Source: a virus
Taxonomy: Duplodnaviria > Heunggongvirae > Uroviricota > Caudoviricetes
Virus record (IMG/VR): IMGVR_UViG_2563366956_000009
DNA: 40,993 nucleotides
Strand: one strand, 5' to 3'
The notes under the pieces were generated by a model. That model made no database searches. It saw only the letters and a program-made list of their open reading frames with translations, and was not told the DNA's origin. A program made the translations under genes and the position numbers. This document shows, piece after piece, positions 9,304-23,795 of the stretch. Position 1 is the stretch's first letter. The number at the start of each line of letters is the position of its first letter.

Positions 9304-11861
9304 CGTCCACCTCCGGAGAACAGGCCACCATCACGCATCTGTGTCTGAATTTCATCACGGGCACCCTTGCGGGCCATGTCATACACCGCCTTCAGAGCAG
9401 CCGGACCTATCTGCCCGTTCGTGCCGTCGTTGTTAATCACCACATGGTTATTCTGCTCAAACGTCCCGGACGCCTGCGACCGGCTGTCTGCCATGCTGCC
9501 CGGTGTACCGACATAACCGCCGGTGGCATAGCCGCGCATCAGCCGGTAAAGATTCCCCACGCCAATCCGGCTGGTTGCCTCCTTCGTGAAGACAAACTCA
9601 CCACGGTGAACAATCCCCGCTGGCTCATATTTGCCGCCGGTTCCCGTAAATCCTCCGGTTGCAAAATGGAATTTCGCCGCAGCGGCCTGAATGGCTGTAC
9701 CGCCTGACGCGGATGCGCCGCCACCAACAGCCCCGCCAATGGCGCTGCCGATACTCCCGACAATCCCCACCATTGCCTGCTTAAGCAGAATTTCTGTCAT
9801 CATGGACAGCACGGAACGGGTGAAGCTGCGCCAGTTCTGCTCACTGCCGGTCAGCATCGCCGCCATATTCTGTGCAATACCATCAAAGGTCTGCGTGGCT
9901 GCACTTTTTACCTGCGACATACTGTCCGTGGCGCTCTCTTCCCACTCACTCCAGCCGGACTTCAGGCCTGCCATCCAGTTCCCGCGAAGCTGGTCTTCAG
10001 CCGCCCAGGTCTTTTTCTGCTCTGACATGACGTTATTCAGCGCCAGCGGATTATCGCCATACTGTTCCTTCAGGCGCTGTTCCGTGGCTTCCCGTTCTGC
10101 CTGCCGGTCAGTCAGCCCCCGGCTTTTCGCATCAATGGCGGCCCGTTTTGCCCGTTGCTGCTGTGCGAATTTATCCGCCTGCTGCGCCAGCGCGTTCAGG
10201 CGCTCCTGATACGTAACCTTGTCGCCAAGTGCAGCCAGCTGGCGTTTGTACTCCAGCGTCTCATCTTTATGCGCCAGCAGGGATTTCTCCTGTGCAGACA
10301 GCTGGCGACGTTGCGCCGCCTCCTCCAGTACCGCGAACTGACTCTCCGCCTTCCACAAATCCCGGCGCTGCTGGCTGATTTTCTCATTTGCTCCGGCATG
10401 CTTCTCCAGCGTCCGGAGTTCTGCCTGAAGCGTCAGCAGGGCAGCATGAGCACTGTCTTCCTGACGATCGCCCGCAGACACCTTCACGCCGGACTGTTTC
10501 GGCTTTTTCAGCGTCGCTTCATAATCCTTTTTCGCCGCCGCCATCAGCGTGTTGTAATCCGCCTGCAGGATTTTCCCGTCTTTCAGTGCCTTGTTCAGTT
10601 CTTCCTGACGGGCGGTATATTTCTCCAGCGGCGTCTGCAGCCGTTCGTAAGCCTTCTGCGCCTCTTCGGTATATTTCAGCCGTGACGCTTCGGTATCGCT
10701 CTGCTGCTGCGCATTTTTGTCCTGTTGAGTCTGCTGCTCAGCCTTCTTTCGGGCGGCTTCAAGCGCAAGACGGGCCTTTTCACGATCATCCCAGTAACGC
10801 GCCCGCGCTTCATCGTTAACAAAATAATCATCCTTGCGCAGATTCCAGATGTCGTCTGCTTTCTTAAACGCAGCCTCTGCCTTAATCAGCATCTCCTGCG
10901 CGGTATCAGGACGACCAATATCCAGCACCGCATCCCACATGGATTTGAATGCCCGCGCAGTCCTGTCTGCCCAGGTCTCCAGCGTGCCCATGTTCTCTTT
11001 CAGGCGGCGGGTCTGGTCATCAAACCCTTTCGTTGCGGCCTCGTTCGCCGCCTGCAATGCCCCGGCTTCATCGCCGGAACGCTGCAACTGAGCAACATAC
11101 GCAATCTGCTCCGCCGTCACGTTATGGAACTGGCGTGCCATCGCCGTCAGCCCCGACGTCGGGTCTGTGGTCAGCTTCCCGAAGGCTTCAGCGACCTTGT
11201 CCACCTCCACGCCGGATGCAGAGGAGAAACGCGCCACACTCTGGCTGATGGACGCAATCTGAGCCTCACCGCTTACCCCCGCCTTAACCAGTGCGCTGAG
11301 TGACTCGCTGGTCTGGTTAAACGTCAGCCCTGCCGCCTGCCCGGCTCTGGACAGGACCAGCATACGATCTGCCGTCAGTCCCGCCTGATTGCCGGAAAGG
11401 ACCAGCGTTTTGTTGAAATCGGACAGGGTTGAGTTGCCCTGATACCAGGCATACGCCAGCGCACCGGTCGCCACCGCCAGCGAGGTGGCCCCCACCATCG
11501 GCAGGGTGATCGCACCGGCAAGCCCCCTGAACATGGGGATCATCCCGCCGAAGGAGTCCTTCACCTGCCCCCCCTGTTGCAGCAGGATCAGCCACGGACT
11601 TTGCCCGCCGGCAAGCTGCGTGGCCACGTCGGTGAACTGTGCAGGCAGCATACGCATGGCGGCTTTATACTGCCCGACGGAAATCCCCGCTTTCTGTGCA
11701 GCCAGCGCCTGTCGGCTCAGCGACTGTTCAACGACTGCCGCTGTTTTTTTCGCATCACTTTCCGTACCGGAAAAATGACGCCTGACTCTGGCCATCTGCT
11801 CGTCAAATCTGGCCGCATCCAGACTCAAATCAACGACCAGATCGCCTACCGGTTCAGCCAT
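9300..11861 (-). CDS. H: tail tape measure protein H
   Basis: 853 aa (lambda H length), coiled-coil-rich, between GT and M. Confidence 0.95.
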   Translation of the reverse strand: MAEPVGDLVVDLSLDAARFDEQMARVRRHFSGTESDAKKTAAVVEQSLSRQALAAQKAGISVGQYKAAMRMLPAQFTDVATQLAGGQSPWLILLQQGGQVKDSFGGMIPMFRGLAGAITLPMVGATSLAVATGALAYAWYQGNSTLSDFNKTLVLSGNQAGLTADRMLVLSRAGQAAGLTFNQTSESLSALVKAGVSGEAQIASISQSVARFSSASGVEVDKVAEAFGKLTTDPTSGLTAMARQFHNVTAEQIAYVAQLQRSGDEAGALQAANEAATKGFDDQTRRLKENMGTLETWADRTARAFKSMWDAVLDIGRPDTAQEMLIKAEAAFKKADDIWNLRKDDYFVNDEARARYWDDREKARLALEAARKKAEQQTQQDKNAQQQSDTEASRLKYTEEAQKAYERLQTPLEKYTARQEELNKALKDGKILQADYNTLMAAAKKDYEATLKKPKQSGVKVSAGDRQEDSAHAALLTLQAELRTLEKHAGANEKISQQRRDLWKAESQFAVLEEAAQRRQLSAQEKSLLAHKDETLEYKRQLAALGDKVTYQERLNALAQQADKFAQQQRAKRAAIDAKSRGLTDRQAEREATEQRLKEQYGDNPLALNNVMSEQKKTWAAEDQLRGNWMAGLKSGWSEWEESATDSMSQVKSAATQTFDGIAQNMAAMLTGSEQNWRSFTRSVLSMMTEILLKQAMVGIVGSIGSAIGGAVGGGASASGGTAIQAAAAKFHFATGGFTGTGGKYEPAGIVHRGEFVFTKEATSRIGVGNLYRLMRGYATGGYVGTPGSMADSRSQASGTFEQNNHVVINNDGTNGQIGPAALKAVYDMARKGARDEIQTQMRDGGLFSGGGR

Positions 11862-12294
11862 ACCGGACTCCTCCTGCGATCCCTTCTGATACTGTCATCA
11901 GCATTACGTCATCCTCCGTCATGTCCGCCACATCCGGGGAAGCGGGGATAACTTCATTCCCGTCCGGGCCAAAGCGGACACCTCCGGCAAGCCCTGCCGC
12001 TTTCTGCATCAGCACATCATCTTCAGGCTCTTCGTCAGCCTCGCGCCGGTTCAGCAGACTGAAATCCAGCGGATGCATATCCGGATCGCTGAAAAACAGG
12101 CTGAGCACGGTGTACGTCAGCCCGGAAAAGTGCATATCCAGCAGAACATCATGAAAATAATGGGTACTGTAAAAGCGGTGCCAGTCGGCATACTCCGTGG
12201 ATGACATCCCGGCAAGCATGGCACGCCAGTCGGGTCGCCCCATCTCACGCGCCAGTTTCAGGGCAAAACTCAGCTCACCGTCGAACACTTTCCC
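11854..12294 (-). CDS. T: T-frame segment of the G-T tail assembly chaperone, made only by -1 frameshift from G
   Basis: ORF ...FDGELSFALKLAREMGRPDWRAMLAGMSSTEY... has no own start and begins at the slippery heptamer. Confidence 0.8.
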   Translation of the reverse strand, partial: GKVFDGELSFALKLAREMGRPDWRAMLAGMSSTEYADWHRFYSTHYFHDVLLDMHFSGLTYTVLSLFFSDPDMHPLDFSLLNRREADEEPEDDVLMQKAAGLAGGVRFGPDGNEVIPASPDVADMTEDDVMLMTVSEGIAGGVRYG

Positions 12295-12692
12295 GCAGAA
12301 ACAGGCTCTGCGGGCCCGGCGTCCTCTGTCTGTTCAGGGGCATTATTCACCACAAACTCATACATACCAGACAGCCGGTACACCACGTTTTCAGCATGAG
12401 AAATTGCCTCCGTGGGCCAGGTGGTAAGCACTTCCTGCTCAATCTGTTTAACGGCTTCATTCATGGACGGCATCTGCGTCTTCTGCGGATGGTTATGCCA
12501 CAGGGACATCGCCACCAGAAACGCGCCGGTTCTGATGGCGTCTTCCACAGTAAACTTCCGGTTGCTGTCTGACTCCGCCTGTTCTGCCTGCCGTTTCATC
12601 AGGGCGAGATGCTCAATGCGCTGCAGGGCTGACAGTTCAGAAAGCGTGACGGTCACACCGTTATGTTCAAATGATTCGGTTTTCAGGAACAT
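12270..12692 (-). CDS. G: tail assembly chaperone G
   Basis: 140 aa, lambda G length; position between V and T. Confidence 0.9.
   Translation of the reverse strand: MFLKTESFEHNGVTVTLSELSALQRIEHLALMKRQAEQAESDSNRKFTVEDAIRTGAFLVAMSLWHNHPQKTQMPSMNEAVKQIEQEVLTTWPTEAISHAENVVYRLSGMYEFVVNNAPEQTEDAGPAEPVSAGKCSTVS
12288..12294 (-). other. programmed -1 ribosomal frameshift slippery heptamer GGGAAAG (G to G-T)
   Basis: Minus strand reads GCGGGAAAGTGTTCGAC at the 3' end of G; 0 frame ends ...SAGKCSTVS, -1 frame continues into T. Confidence 0.8.
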
Positions 12693-12707
12693 CGCTGACT
12701 CTCCGGA

Positions 12708-13448
12708 TTAACTGGCGGTGACGGTAATTTCTGCAACCGCAGCAAACTCACCATTACCGGATACGACCGGAATGTTGACCTTACCTGCAGCAACGCCATT
12801 CACGGTGATGGTCATACCACTGACCGACACGGTAGCTTTTGTTTTATCCGCTGACACCGCACGGAAGCTCTTGTCGGTTGCGCCTTCCGGCTGGAATGCC
12901 ACGGTCAGCGTGGTGCTCTTCCCTTTCACTACGGAAGCGCTGGCTGGCGTCACGGTCATACCGGTTGCCGCCGTCACCGTACTGTGTTCTTCTGCCATTG
13001 ACGGACGACCCACATTGGTGACCTTCACCGTACGGGTGATCACTTCCTTTGCCGTCACCGCCTTACCGATGCTGCTGACCCAGCCACGGAACACATCGAC
13101 CGTGCCGTTCGGGAAGCGGATTTTATAGGCACGGGTATCACCTTCATTAAACCACGCCAGCAGCGCCTGCTGCCCCTGCTCTCCGGGCATCCACGCCAGC
13201 GTGAAGCTGGTATCTCCGGCAGATTTCTGCCCCTGCCCGGTCGCAGTCCAGTCCGCATCCTCATCATCGAGATAGCTGTCGTCATAGGACTCAGCGGTCA
13301 GTTCGCCGGGCGTCAGGTCTTTAACTTTTGCCAGACGCGACCAGTCAACGTCTGAAAGCGGGTTCGCATAAGGGTCACCGCTCCCCTTATAAACCCACAG
13401 GGTGGTCCCGGCACCTTTCACCGGCATTACAGGATTTGGTACAGGCAT
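12708..13448 (-). CDS. V: major tail protein V
   Basis: Start placed at [22 protein letters not shown] (246 aa) by comparison with lambda V; C-terminal Ig-like region ...EITVTAS. Confidence 0.9.
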   Translation of the reverse strand: MPVPNPVMPVKGAGTTLWVYKGSGDPYANPLSDVDWSRLAKVKDLTPGELTAESYDDSYLDDEDADWTATGQGQKSAGDTSFTLAWMPGEQGQQALLAWFNEGDTRAYKIRFPNGTVDVFRGWVSSIGKAVTAKEVITRTVKVTNVGRPSMAEEHSTVTAATGMTVTPASASVVKGKSTTLTVAFQPEGATDKSFRAVSADKTKATVSVSGMTITVNGVAAGKVNIPVVSGNGEFAAVAEITVTAS

Positions 13449-13455
13449 AGCGTCC

Positions 13456-13851
13456 TCACATTTCATAGGTAATGACATAAGTCAGATCGGCTGAACTCCA
13501 CAGGCCCGCATCATCGTCGCGCCGGTAGTCATAGCCACTGGCCACCATACTGGTGATCAAATCTGACAGTGCCGGGATATCGCTCATCACCGGATAAATC
13601 CGGGACTCCATCCACGAATCCAGCTCTGAATCCGGCACCTGAGCAGGCAGGAAAACTTCAATATGCAGCTCCGCCTGCCAGGTATCGCTGTCCAGCTCTT
13701 CGCCCGTGTATTCAGCGCCGGTGAGATAAACGGCAATTGCCGGAAAATCTTCCTCATCAAAAACAGCGGGGCGACCATCAAAAAGCGTCGCCCCGGTGTC
13801 ATGCTTCTCCAGTGCATCCAGTACGGCTGCACGGAGTTCAGTATGTTTCAT
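13456..13851 (-). CDS. U: tail terminator protein U
   Basis: 131 aa, lambda U length and position. Confidence 0.9.
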   Translation of the reverse strand: MKHTELRAAVLDALEKHDTGATLFDGRPAVFDEEDFPAIAVYLTGAEYTGEELDSDTWQAELHIEVFLPAQVPDSELDSWMESRIYPVMSDIPALSDLITSMVASGYDYRRDDDAGLWSSADLTYVITYEM

Positions 13852-14426
13852 CGCTTTATTACCATTCTCAGTTGATGCTGCAGCGCATAGCCCAGCTCTT
13901 TCGGAAGACGTTCACGCCGTATCCGTTCAATATTCTGTTTAAACGCCGTGGTCAGCGGCACCGCCATCGGGATTTTCACCACATCAATGGGGTAACGGTT
14001 TTTCCCGGCCACACGCTGCATAACATGCCACCGGCCATTTTTCAGTTGCTGAATAAACGCGCCGGGAATACGACGGTTACCCACCACAAGCACGCTGCCG
14101 CCACCTTTCAGGGATGAACGCTGCCCCTTTTTACGACGCCTGCGGCGGGACAGGACAACCCGCGCATTACCCAGCTTGATTACGGGCAAATCCCCCCGGT
14201 TAACTTTGATTCTGGCCTGCGGATTTTTGACCGTGGCCCTTTTCAGCCTGGCCCTTTCCTTTACCAGTTTCCGGCGTACCTTTGTCTCACGGGCAACCTG
14301 TGACGCCGACTGCGATATCGCGGATGACGCAACGCGGTTAATGGCCATTGCGGCGGCACCGGGAACCGCCGTTTTGCTGATACGGCTGAGGTTTTCAACG
14401 GCCTGCTCAAGACCCTGTATGGCCAT
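13848..14426 (-). CDS. Z: tail completion protein Z
   Basis: 192 aa, lambda Z length and position. Confidence 0.9.
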   Translation of the reverse strand: MAIQGLEQAVENLSRISKTAVPGAAAMAINRVASSAISQSASQVARETKVRRKLVKERARLKRATVKNPQARIKVNRGDLPVIKLGNARVVLSRRRRRKKGQRSSLKGGGSVLVVGNRRIPGAFIQQLKNGRWHVMQRVAGKNRYPIDVVKIPMAVPLTTAFKQNIERIRRERLPKELGYALQHQLRMVIKR

Positions 14427-14437
14427 ACATCCCCCTT

Positions 14438-14791
14438 TCAGCGGCGACGGTTAACGGCAGGCGGTACGCCCCGCCCAAGCCAGAGATGACAGCTTCCGCC
14501 ATCATCCGGCGAAACACGATCTATCCAGAAGTTTTCCTCACCGATGGTCAGCGTGTCTCCACGCCGCAGTTGCCGCACATCATCAGTCCGGACAAACAGG
14601 GACGGGCTGGAGCCTTCAACGCGCACGCCCTGTCCGGCATAGCTGATATTTTCAGGGTCATCAAAAACACCACGTATCACAGCACCGGACTGCTCACCGG
14701 ATGTCATGGTGGCTGACGTTCCCATGTACCCGCGTATCGTTTCATCGGCGCGGGCAATGGCAGCATCGAACAGGTTATCGAAATCAGCCAC
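14438..14791 (-). CDS. FII: head-tail joining protein FII
   Basis: 117 aa, lambda FII length and position. Confidence 0.9.
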   Translation of the reverse strand: MADFDNLFDAAIARADETIRGYMGTSATMTSGEQSGAVIRGVFDDPENISYAGQGVRVEGSSPSLFVRTDDVRQLRRGDTLTIGEENFWIDRVSPDDGGSCHLWLGRGVPPAVNRRR

Positions 14792-14802
14792 AGCGCCTCC
14801 CG

Positions 14803-15198
14803 TTATTGCATTCTGGCCAGGCCGCGCTCTGTCATTTCAGCTGCCACACCGGCAGAGACACGGAACGCCGTTCCCGGCAGCACAAATGCCACAGCCTCAT
14901 CCCGCGTGGCGTGAAGTGCATCAGTATGCAGCGTCACCAGTGCCACAACCGTGACCAGATCAGCCGTATCAGTCACGGTATCCGGCTGCGCTGATACAAC
15001 CTCATTTTCATGTCCGGTCAGCACATTTTCCGGGCTGAGAGGGGTATCCTGACCGGCAGTGTCGCCCGTGTCATCAAGCTCTTCTTCCAGCTCTGCCACA
15101 CGGAGCGCCAGTTCTTCTTTCGTCCCCGTCAGGCTGACATCACGGTTCAGTTGTTCACCCAGCGCGTGAAGACGGGCAATCAGTTCATCTTTCGTCAT
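14803..15198 (-). CDS. FI: DNA packaging protein FI
   Basis: Start at MTKDELIARLHALGEQLNRDVSLTG...; C-terminus ...AAEMTERGLARMQ; matches lambda FI as remembered. Confidence 0.85.
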   Translation of the reverse strand: MTKDELIARLHALGEQLNRDVSLTGTKEELALRVAELEEELDDTGDTAGQDTPLSPENVLTGHENEVVSAQPDTVTDTADLVTVVALVTLHTDALHATRDEAVAFVLPGTAFRVSAGVAAEMTERGLARMQ

Positions 15199-15239
15199 GG
15201 ACTCCTCCACAGAGAGACAATGGCCCCGAAGGGCCATGA

Positions 15240-16265
15240 TTACGCCAGTTGTACGGACACGAACTCATCAGGGTCAGCCAGCAGCATCAGCGGTGCTGAC
15301 TGAATCATGGTGAACTCACGTGCCGGATCGCCGGTGGTCACCCAGTTTTTCGGGTAACGGGCAGAGGCGTTAATGCCTTCGCGCTGTGCGTCCGCATCCT
15401 GAATACAACCATAGGTGCGCAGACCGCGTGCCTGAGTGTTCCCCAGCACCATCGTGTTGTCCGGCAGGAAGTTCTTTTTGACGCCGTTTTCCACGTACTG
15501 TCCGGAATACACGACGATGGCAACATCGCCATACATACCCTTATAGGACACCGCTTTACCCAGGTCTTTTACCGCTGTCTCCAGCTCGGAATGAGAGCCA
15601 CGACGGGTATCCAGCTTCTCCCTGACGGCTTTGAAGGAACGGAACAGCGCCCAGCCTTTCGGATCAAACACGATGATATTCACCACACCGCTGGCGTTCA
15701 GCGCGTAGGCTTCGATATCGTCGGTCGGGTCATACGTGGACTTGTCACGCTTGCTCCACTCCGTGCCGCCGGACTGCGTGATGTTATTCGCCGCACTGCG
15801 GCCCATATCCACCTCAACCGGATCGAAGGCTTCACCGGTCATGGTGTATTTGCCCTTAAGCACGGCAGAAACGGCCTGCATCTCTTCGACCTGAGCAATG
15901 GCCAGCTCTTCGTCACGCATGTTCTGCATGATGATGCGACGGCGGCGGTAAGCCGGGTCCGCCAGATTCTGCGGATCTTCATCCGGCAGGCGACGCAGGG
16001 TCATCTGCGGATTCACCTCATGCTTCGGCTTGACATATCCCGGCGTAAATTCAGAGGTGGAGCCGCCACGGGAGCGGATAACCTCACCGGAAACAATCGG
16101 CGAAACGTACAGCGCCATGTTTACCAGTCCCGGAATTTGTGAGAGATAGACTTTCTCCGTGGTGAAGGGATAGCTCTCACGGAAAAAGAGACGCAGAAAC
16201 AGCGGATCAAACTTAAATTTCTGCTCATTTGCCGCCAGCAGCTGGGCGGTTGTGTACATCGACAT
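15240..16265 (-). CDS. E: major capsid protein E
   Basis: Start at MSMYTTAQLLAANEQKFKFDPLFLRLFF (341 aa) matches lambda gpE. Confidence 0.95.
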   Translation of the reverse strand: MSMYTTAQLLAANEQKFKFDPLFLRLFFRESYPFTTEKVYLSQIPGLVNMALYVSPIVSGEVIRSRGGSTSEFTPGYVKPKHEVNPQMTLRRLPDEDPQNLADPAYRRRRIIMQNMRDEELAIAQVEEMQAVSAVLKGKYTMTGEAFDPVEVDMGRSAANNITQSGGTEWSKRDKSTYDPTDDIEAYALNASGVVNIIVFDPKGWALFRSFKAVREKLDTRRGSHSELETAVKDLGKAVSYKGMYGDVAIVVYSGQYVENGVKKNFLPDNTMVLGNTQARGLRTYGCIQDADAQREGINASARYPKNWVTTGDPAREFTMIQSAPLMLLADPDEFVSVQLA

Positions 16266-16320
16266 AAAAAAATCCCGTAAAAAAAGCCGCACAGGCGGCC
16301 TTTAGTGATGAAGGGTAAAG

Positions 16321-16653
16321 TTAAACGATGCTGATTGCCGTTCCGGCAAACGCGGTCCGTTTTTTCGTCTCGTCGCTGGCAGCCTCCGGCCAGAGCACAT
16401 CCTCATAACGGAACGTGCCGGACTTGTAGAACGTCAGCGTGGTGCTGGTCTGGTCAGCTGCAACAGCCAGAATGCCAACGGCAGCACCGTCGGTGGTGCC
16501 ATCCCACGCAACCAGCTTACGGGTGGCGGTGTCAAGCATCAGCGGAGTCATTGCAGGCGCTTTCGCACTCAATCCGCCGGGCGCGGTTGCGGTATGAGCC
16601 GGGTCACTGTTGCCCAGCGGCTGGTAATGGGTAAAGGTTTCTTTGCTCGTCAT
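16321..16653 (-). CDS. D: head decoration protein D
   Basis: Start at [27 protein letters not shown] (110 aa) matches lambda gpD. Confidence 0.95.
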   Translation of the reverse strand: MTSKETFTHYQPLGNSDPAHTATAPGGLSAKAPAMTPLMLDTATRKLVAWDGTTDGAAVGILAVAADQTSTTLTFYKSGTFRYEDVLWPEAASDETKKRTAFAGTAISIV

Positions 16654-16662
16654 AAACATCCC

Positions 16663-17268
16663 TTACACTGGTGTGTTCAGCAAATCGTTAACGGCATCAG
16701 ATGCCGGGTTACCTGCAGCCAGTGGTGCCGGTGCACCCTGCATCAGACGATCCAGCGCAGTGTCACTGCGCGCCTGTGCACTCTGTGGTGCTGCGGCCAG
16801 AATGCGGCGGGCCGTTTCCACGGTCATTCCGGGGGTTTCTGCCAGCACGCGCGCCTGTTCTTCGCGTCCGTGAGCCTCCTCACAGTTGAGGATCCCCATA
16901 ATGCGGCTGTTTTCTGCCGCAACCGCTGCGGTGATCTGCGCGTTCACGTCCGGCTGCGCCGCGCTGGCGTTTTCGCCCTCCGTCGCTTGCACCACGTCAG
17001 TAACGTCAGCCTGCGAAGCGGTGGCTGAAACAGTTGTTGATTGAGTCTCTTTGGTCATTCGCCCTCCTGAGAGACGGGATTTACGTGCATCCAGTGCATC
17101 ACGCATGACGGTGATCGCATCGGTGCTGTTAACAAGTTCATCAGCCAGTCCGGCATCAATGGCCTCCTGACCGCTGTACACTGCAGCCTCGGTATCCAGC
17201 ACAGCCTGCACGGACAGGCCGGTATATGCCGACACCTTCTGCGCAAACATCCGGCGGGTTGCATCCAT
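16663..17268 (-). CDS. Nu3: scaffolding protein Nu3 (in-frame internal start within C)
   Basis: Internal ATG giving a 201 aa product MDATRRMFAQKVSAYTGLSVQ... co-terminal with C, as in lambda. Confidence 0.7.
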   Translation of the reverse strand: MDATRRMFAQKVSAYTGLSVQAVLDTEAAVYSGQEAIDAGLADELVNSTDAITVMRDALDARKSRLSGGRMTKETQSTTVSATASQADVTDVVQATEGENASAAQPDVNAQITAAVAAENSRIMGILNCEEAHGREEQARVLAETPGMTVETARRILAAAPQSAQARSDTALDRLMQGAPAPLAAGNPASDAVNDLLNTPV

Positions 17269-17962
17269 CCGGGACTGCAGTGTCTCCCGGACGTCATCCG
17301 GAAGATGGCTGTAGGGGTTGCCATCCACCTTATGGCTGCCGCTGTAAATCAGCGTGATTTCCACGCCCTGTTTCTCCAGCGCAGCACCGTAATTACTGTG
17401 AGCCATCATGACGCCGATGGAGCCTGTCCGGGCGGTCTGCGTGACCAGACGCCGGGAGGCGGCGCTGGCAAGCAGCTGACCTGCACTGCAGTTCATGTCG
17501 TTGGCCAGCGCCCATACCGGTTTTATGTCACGCACACGGGCGATGATGTCAGCGCAGTCAAATGTCCCTGCCACCATTCCGCCGGGCGTGTCCATATCGA
17601 GCAGAATGCCGTCCACCATCGGGTCACTGGCAGCCTGTTGCAGACGGGCGATAATGCCGTTGTAACCGGTCATCCCCGAATAAGGCTGCAGCGCCCGCGT
17701 CCGGCTGACCAGCGTACCGGACACCGGCAGCACGGCGATGCCGTTCATGACCTGATAACTGCGGGCCTGTCGTGGTCCGTCACCATCACCGACTAACGCC
17801 AGCGTCGCGGGTGCCTCTCCGGCAGTCAGGCTGTCGCCGGACACCGCATCCGTCAGGCGGCTGATCCCAAGCTGGCCTGCAAGCGCACAAAAGAAAACCC
17901 GCGCATAGGCGGGTTCAAGCATCAGCGGCTCATTAAAGGCCATGCTGGCAATATGCGGGAGA

Positions 17963-17982
<20 letters not shown>
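16663..17982 (-). CDS. C: capsid assembly protease / minor capsid protein C
   Basis: 439 aa from a GTG start (..VTAELRNLPHIASMAFNEPLMLEPAYARVFF), lambda C length; overlaps portal gene. Confidence 0.85.
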
Positions 17983-21663
<3,681 letters not shown>

Positions 21664-21689
<26 letters not shown>

Positions 21690-22209
21690 TCAGCAACCCC
21701 GGTATCAGTTCATCCAGCGCGGCTGCTTTGTTCATGGCTTTGATGATATCCCGTTTCAGGAAATCAACATGTCGGTTTTCCAGTTCCGGAAAACGCCGCT
21801 GCACCGACAGGGGGATCCCGTCGAGAATACTGGCAATTTCACCTGCGATCCGCGACAACACGAAAGTACAGAATGCGGTTTCCACCACTTCAGCGGAGTC
21901 TCTGGCATTCTTCAGTTCCTGTGCGTCGGCCTGCGCACGCGTAAGTCGGTGGCGTTCGTACTCAATAGTCCCTGGCTGGAGATCTGCCTCGCTGGCCTGC
22001 CGCAGTTCTTCAACCTCCCGGCGCAGCTTTTCGTTCTCAATTTCAGCATCCCTTTCGGCATACCATTTTATGACGGCGGCAGAGTCATAAAGCACCTCAT
22101 TACCCTTGCCACCGCCTCGCAGAACGGGCATTCCCTGTTCCTGCCAGTTCTGAATGGTACGGATACTCGCACCGAAAATGTCAGCCAGCTGCTTTTTGTT
22201 GACTTCCAT
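21664..22209 (-). CDS. Nu1: terminase small subunit Nu1
   Basis: 181 aa, MEVNKKQLADIFGASIRTIQNWQEQGMPVLRGGGKGNEVLYD..., lambda Nu1. Confidence 0.95.
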
Positions 22210-22420
22210 TGCTCATTCCACGGACAAAAACAGAGAAAGGAAACGACAGAGGCCAAAAAGCTCGCTTTCAGCACCTGTCGTTTCCTTTCTTTTCAGGGGG
22301 TATTTTAAATAAAAACATTAAGTTACGACGAAGAAGAACGGAAACGCCTTAAACCGGAAAATTTTCATAAATAGCGAAAAACCGCGAGGTCGCCGCCCCG
22401 TAACCTGTCGGATCACCGGA
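22210..22420. other. cos: cos region: cosB between Nu1 and cosN, and cosN 12-nt cohesive-end sequence at about 22387..22398
   Basis: Sequence gaggtcgccgccccgtaacctgtcggatcaccggaaaggacccgt is the reverse complement of the lambda cohesive-end junction (GGGCGGCGACCT) with lambda right-end flank. Confidence 0.8.
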
Positions 22421-22597
22421 AAGGACCCGTAAAGTGATAATGATTATCATCTACATATCACAACGTGCATCTACGCCATCAAACCACGTCAAATAATCAA
22501 TTATGACGCAGGTATCGTATTAATTGATCTGCATCAACTTAACGTAAAAACAACTTCAGACAATACAAATCAGCGACACTGAATACAGGGCAACCTC

Positions 22598-22831
22598 ATG
22601 TCAACGAAGAACAGAACCCGCAGAACAACAACCCGCAACATCCGCTTTCCTAACCAAATGATTGAACAAATTAACATCGCTCTTGTTCAAAAAGGGTCCG
22701 GGAATTTCTCAGCCTGGGTCATTGAAGCCTGCCGCCGGAGACTGTGCTCAGAAAAAAGAGTTTCTTCTGAAGCAAACAAAGAAAAGAGTGACATTACTGA
22801 ATTGCTCAGAAAACAGGTCAGACCAGATTGA
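22598..22831 (+). CDS. small basic hypothetical protein (DUF3950-like; YnfO/YlcI-like)
   Basis: 77 aa ORF MSTKNRTRRTTTRNIRFPNQMIEQINIALVQKGSGNF...; lies in lambda right-end-like sequence adjacent to cos. Confidence 0.6.
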   Translation: MSTKNRTRRTTTRNIRFPNQMIEQINIALVQKGSGNFSAWVIEACRRRLCSEKRVSSEANKEKSDITELLRKQVRPD

Positions 22832-22888
22832 AGCAATTTAGATAATCGTGCAGACTACGCCCCCTCATATCACATGGAAGGTTTATCT

Positions 22889-23299
22889 ATGGATCAGGTA
22901 GTCATTTTTAAACAAATATTTGATAAAGTTCGAAACGATTTAAACTATCAATGGTTTTATTCTGAGCTAAAACGTCACAATGTCTCACATTACATTTACT
23001 ATTTAGCCACAGAGAATGTTCATATTGTATTAAAAAATGATAATACAGTGTTATTAAAGGGCCTAAAAAACATTGTGTCTGTCAAATTTTCAAAGGATAG
23101 GCATCTTATAGAAACGACCTCTAATAAGCTGAAATCCAGAGAGATCACATTTCAGGAATACAGAAGAAACCTTGCTAAAGCAGGAGTTTTTCGGTGGGTT
23201 ACAAATATCCACGAACAAAAAAGATATTACTATACCTTTGATAATTCATTACTATTTACTGAAAGCATCCAGAAAACTACACAGATCTTACCACTCTAA
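22889..23299 (+). CDS. ydfO: DUF1398 family protein (YdfO/YbcV-like)
   Basis: Start at [51 protein letters not shown] (136 aa) with GGAAGG RBS. Confidence 0.7.
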
Positions 23300-23450
23300 A
23301 CCATAACGTCCGGCTTCTCTCACTCCTGAGCCGGACTGCATTGGTTTAATAAAAACCATCAACAATTGTGATTTAGATATTCGGAACCATTCAAATATAA
23401 CAAAACCCCGTAAAAACGAGGTTTATGGATAAATTTTATTATTGAATACA

Positions 23451-23624
23451 TCAGATTAAATTAATCTTGACATCATAGCTTTCAAGACCCGTCATTTTTT
23501 CCCGTGCGGTAAACTGAATACTGGTAACTTCTTTCCCGGTCTTTTTCTTAAGTTCAATAATTTTTTTTGTTATATATTCAGAAATATCTGCTTCTGCTTT
23601 TGTTTTTAAGTTTTCAATATTCAT
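23451..23624 (-). CDS. gnsB: Gns family small protein (GnsB-like, 57 aa)
   Basis: Hand-translated: MNIENLKTKAEADISEYITKKIIELKKKTGKEVTSIQFTAREKMTGLESYDVKINLI, preceded by GAGGAA RBS; below the 60 aa cutoff of the ORF track. Confidence 0.55.
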   Translation of the reverse strand: MNIENLKTKAEADISEYITKKIIELKKKTGKEVTSIQFTAREKMTGLESYDVKINLI

Positions 23625-23795
23625 CATTTCCTCTTTTAGTCTGTTATGACTTTCCAGTTACACAGTAAGTCGATTATATGGTGCAAACGTGTAAAAGATA
23701 AGATGAAACATCGCAATAATCAACATACGATAGTCTAAATTTTACACAAACAGACAAAGAGAATTTTCCTGAATTATCAATGCAATAGCATCAAA

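Noticed and set aside
9691-11303. Several 140-190 aa plus-strand ORFs
   Set aside because: All antisense to the tape measure gene H; no starts with RBS; composition consistent with chance frames in GC-rich DNA.
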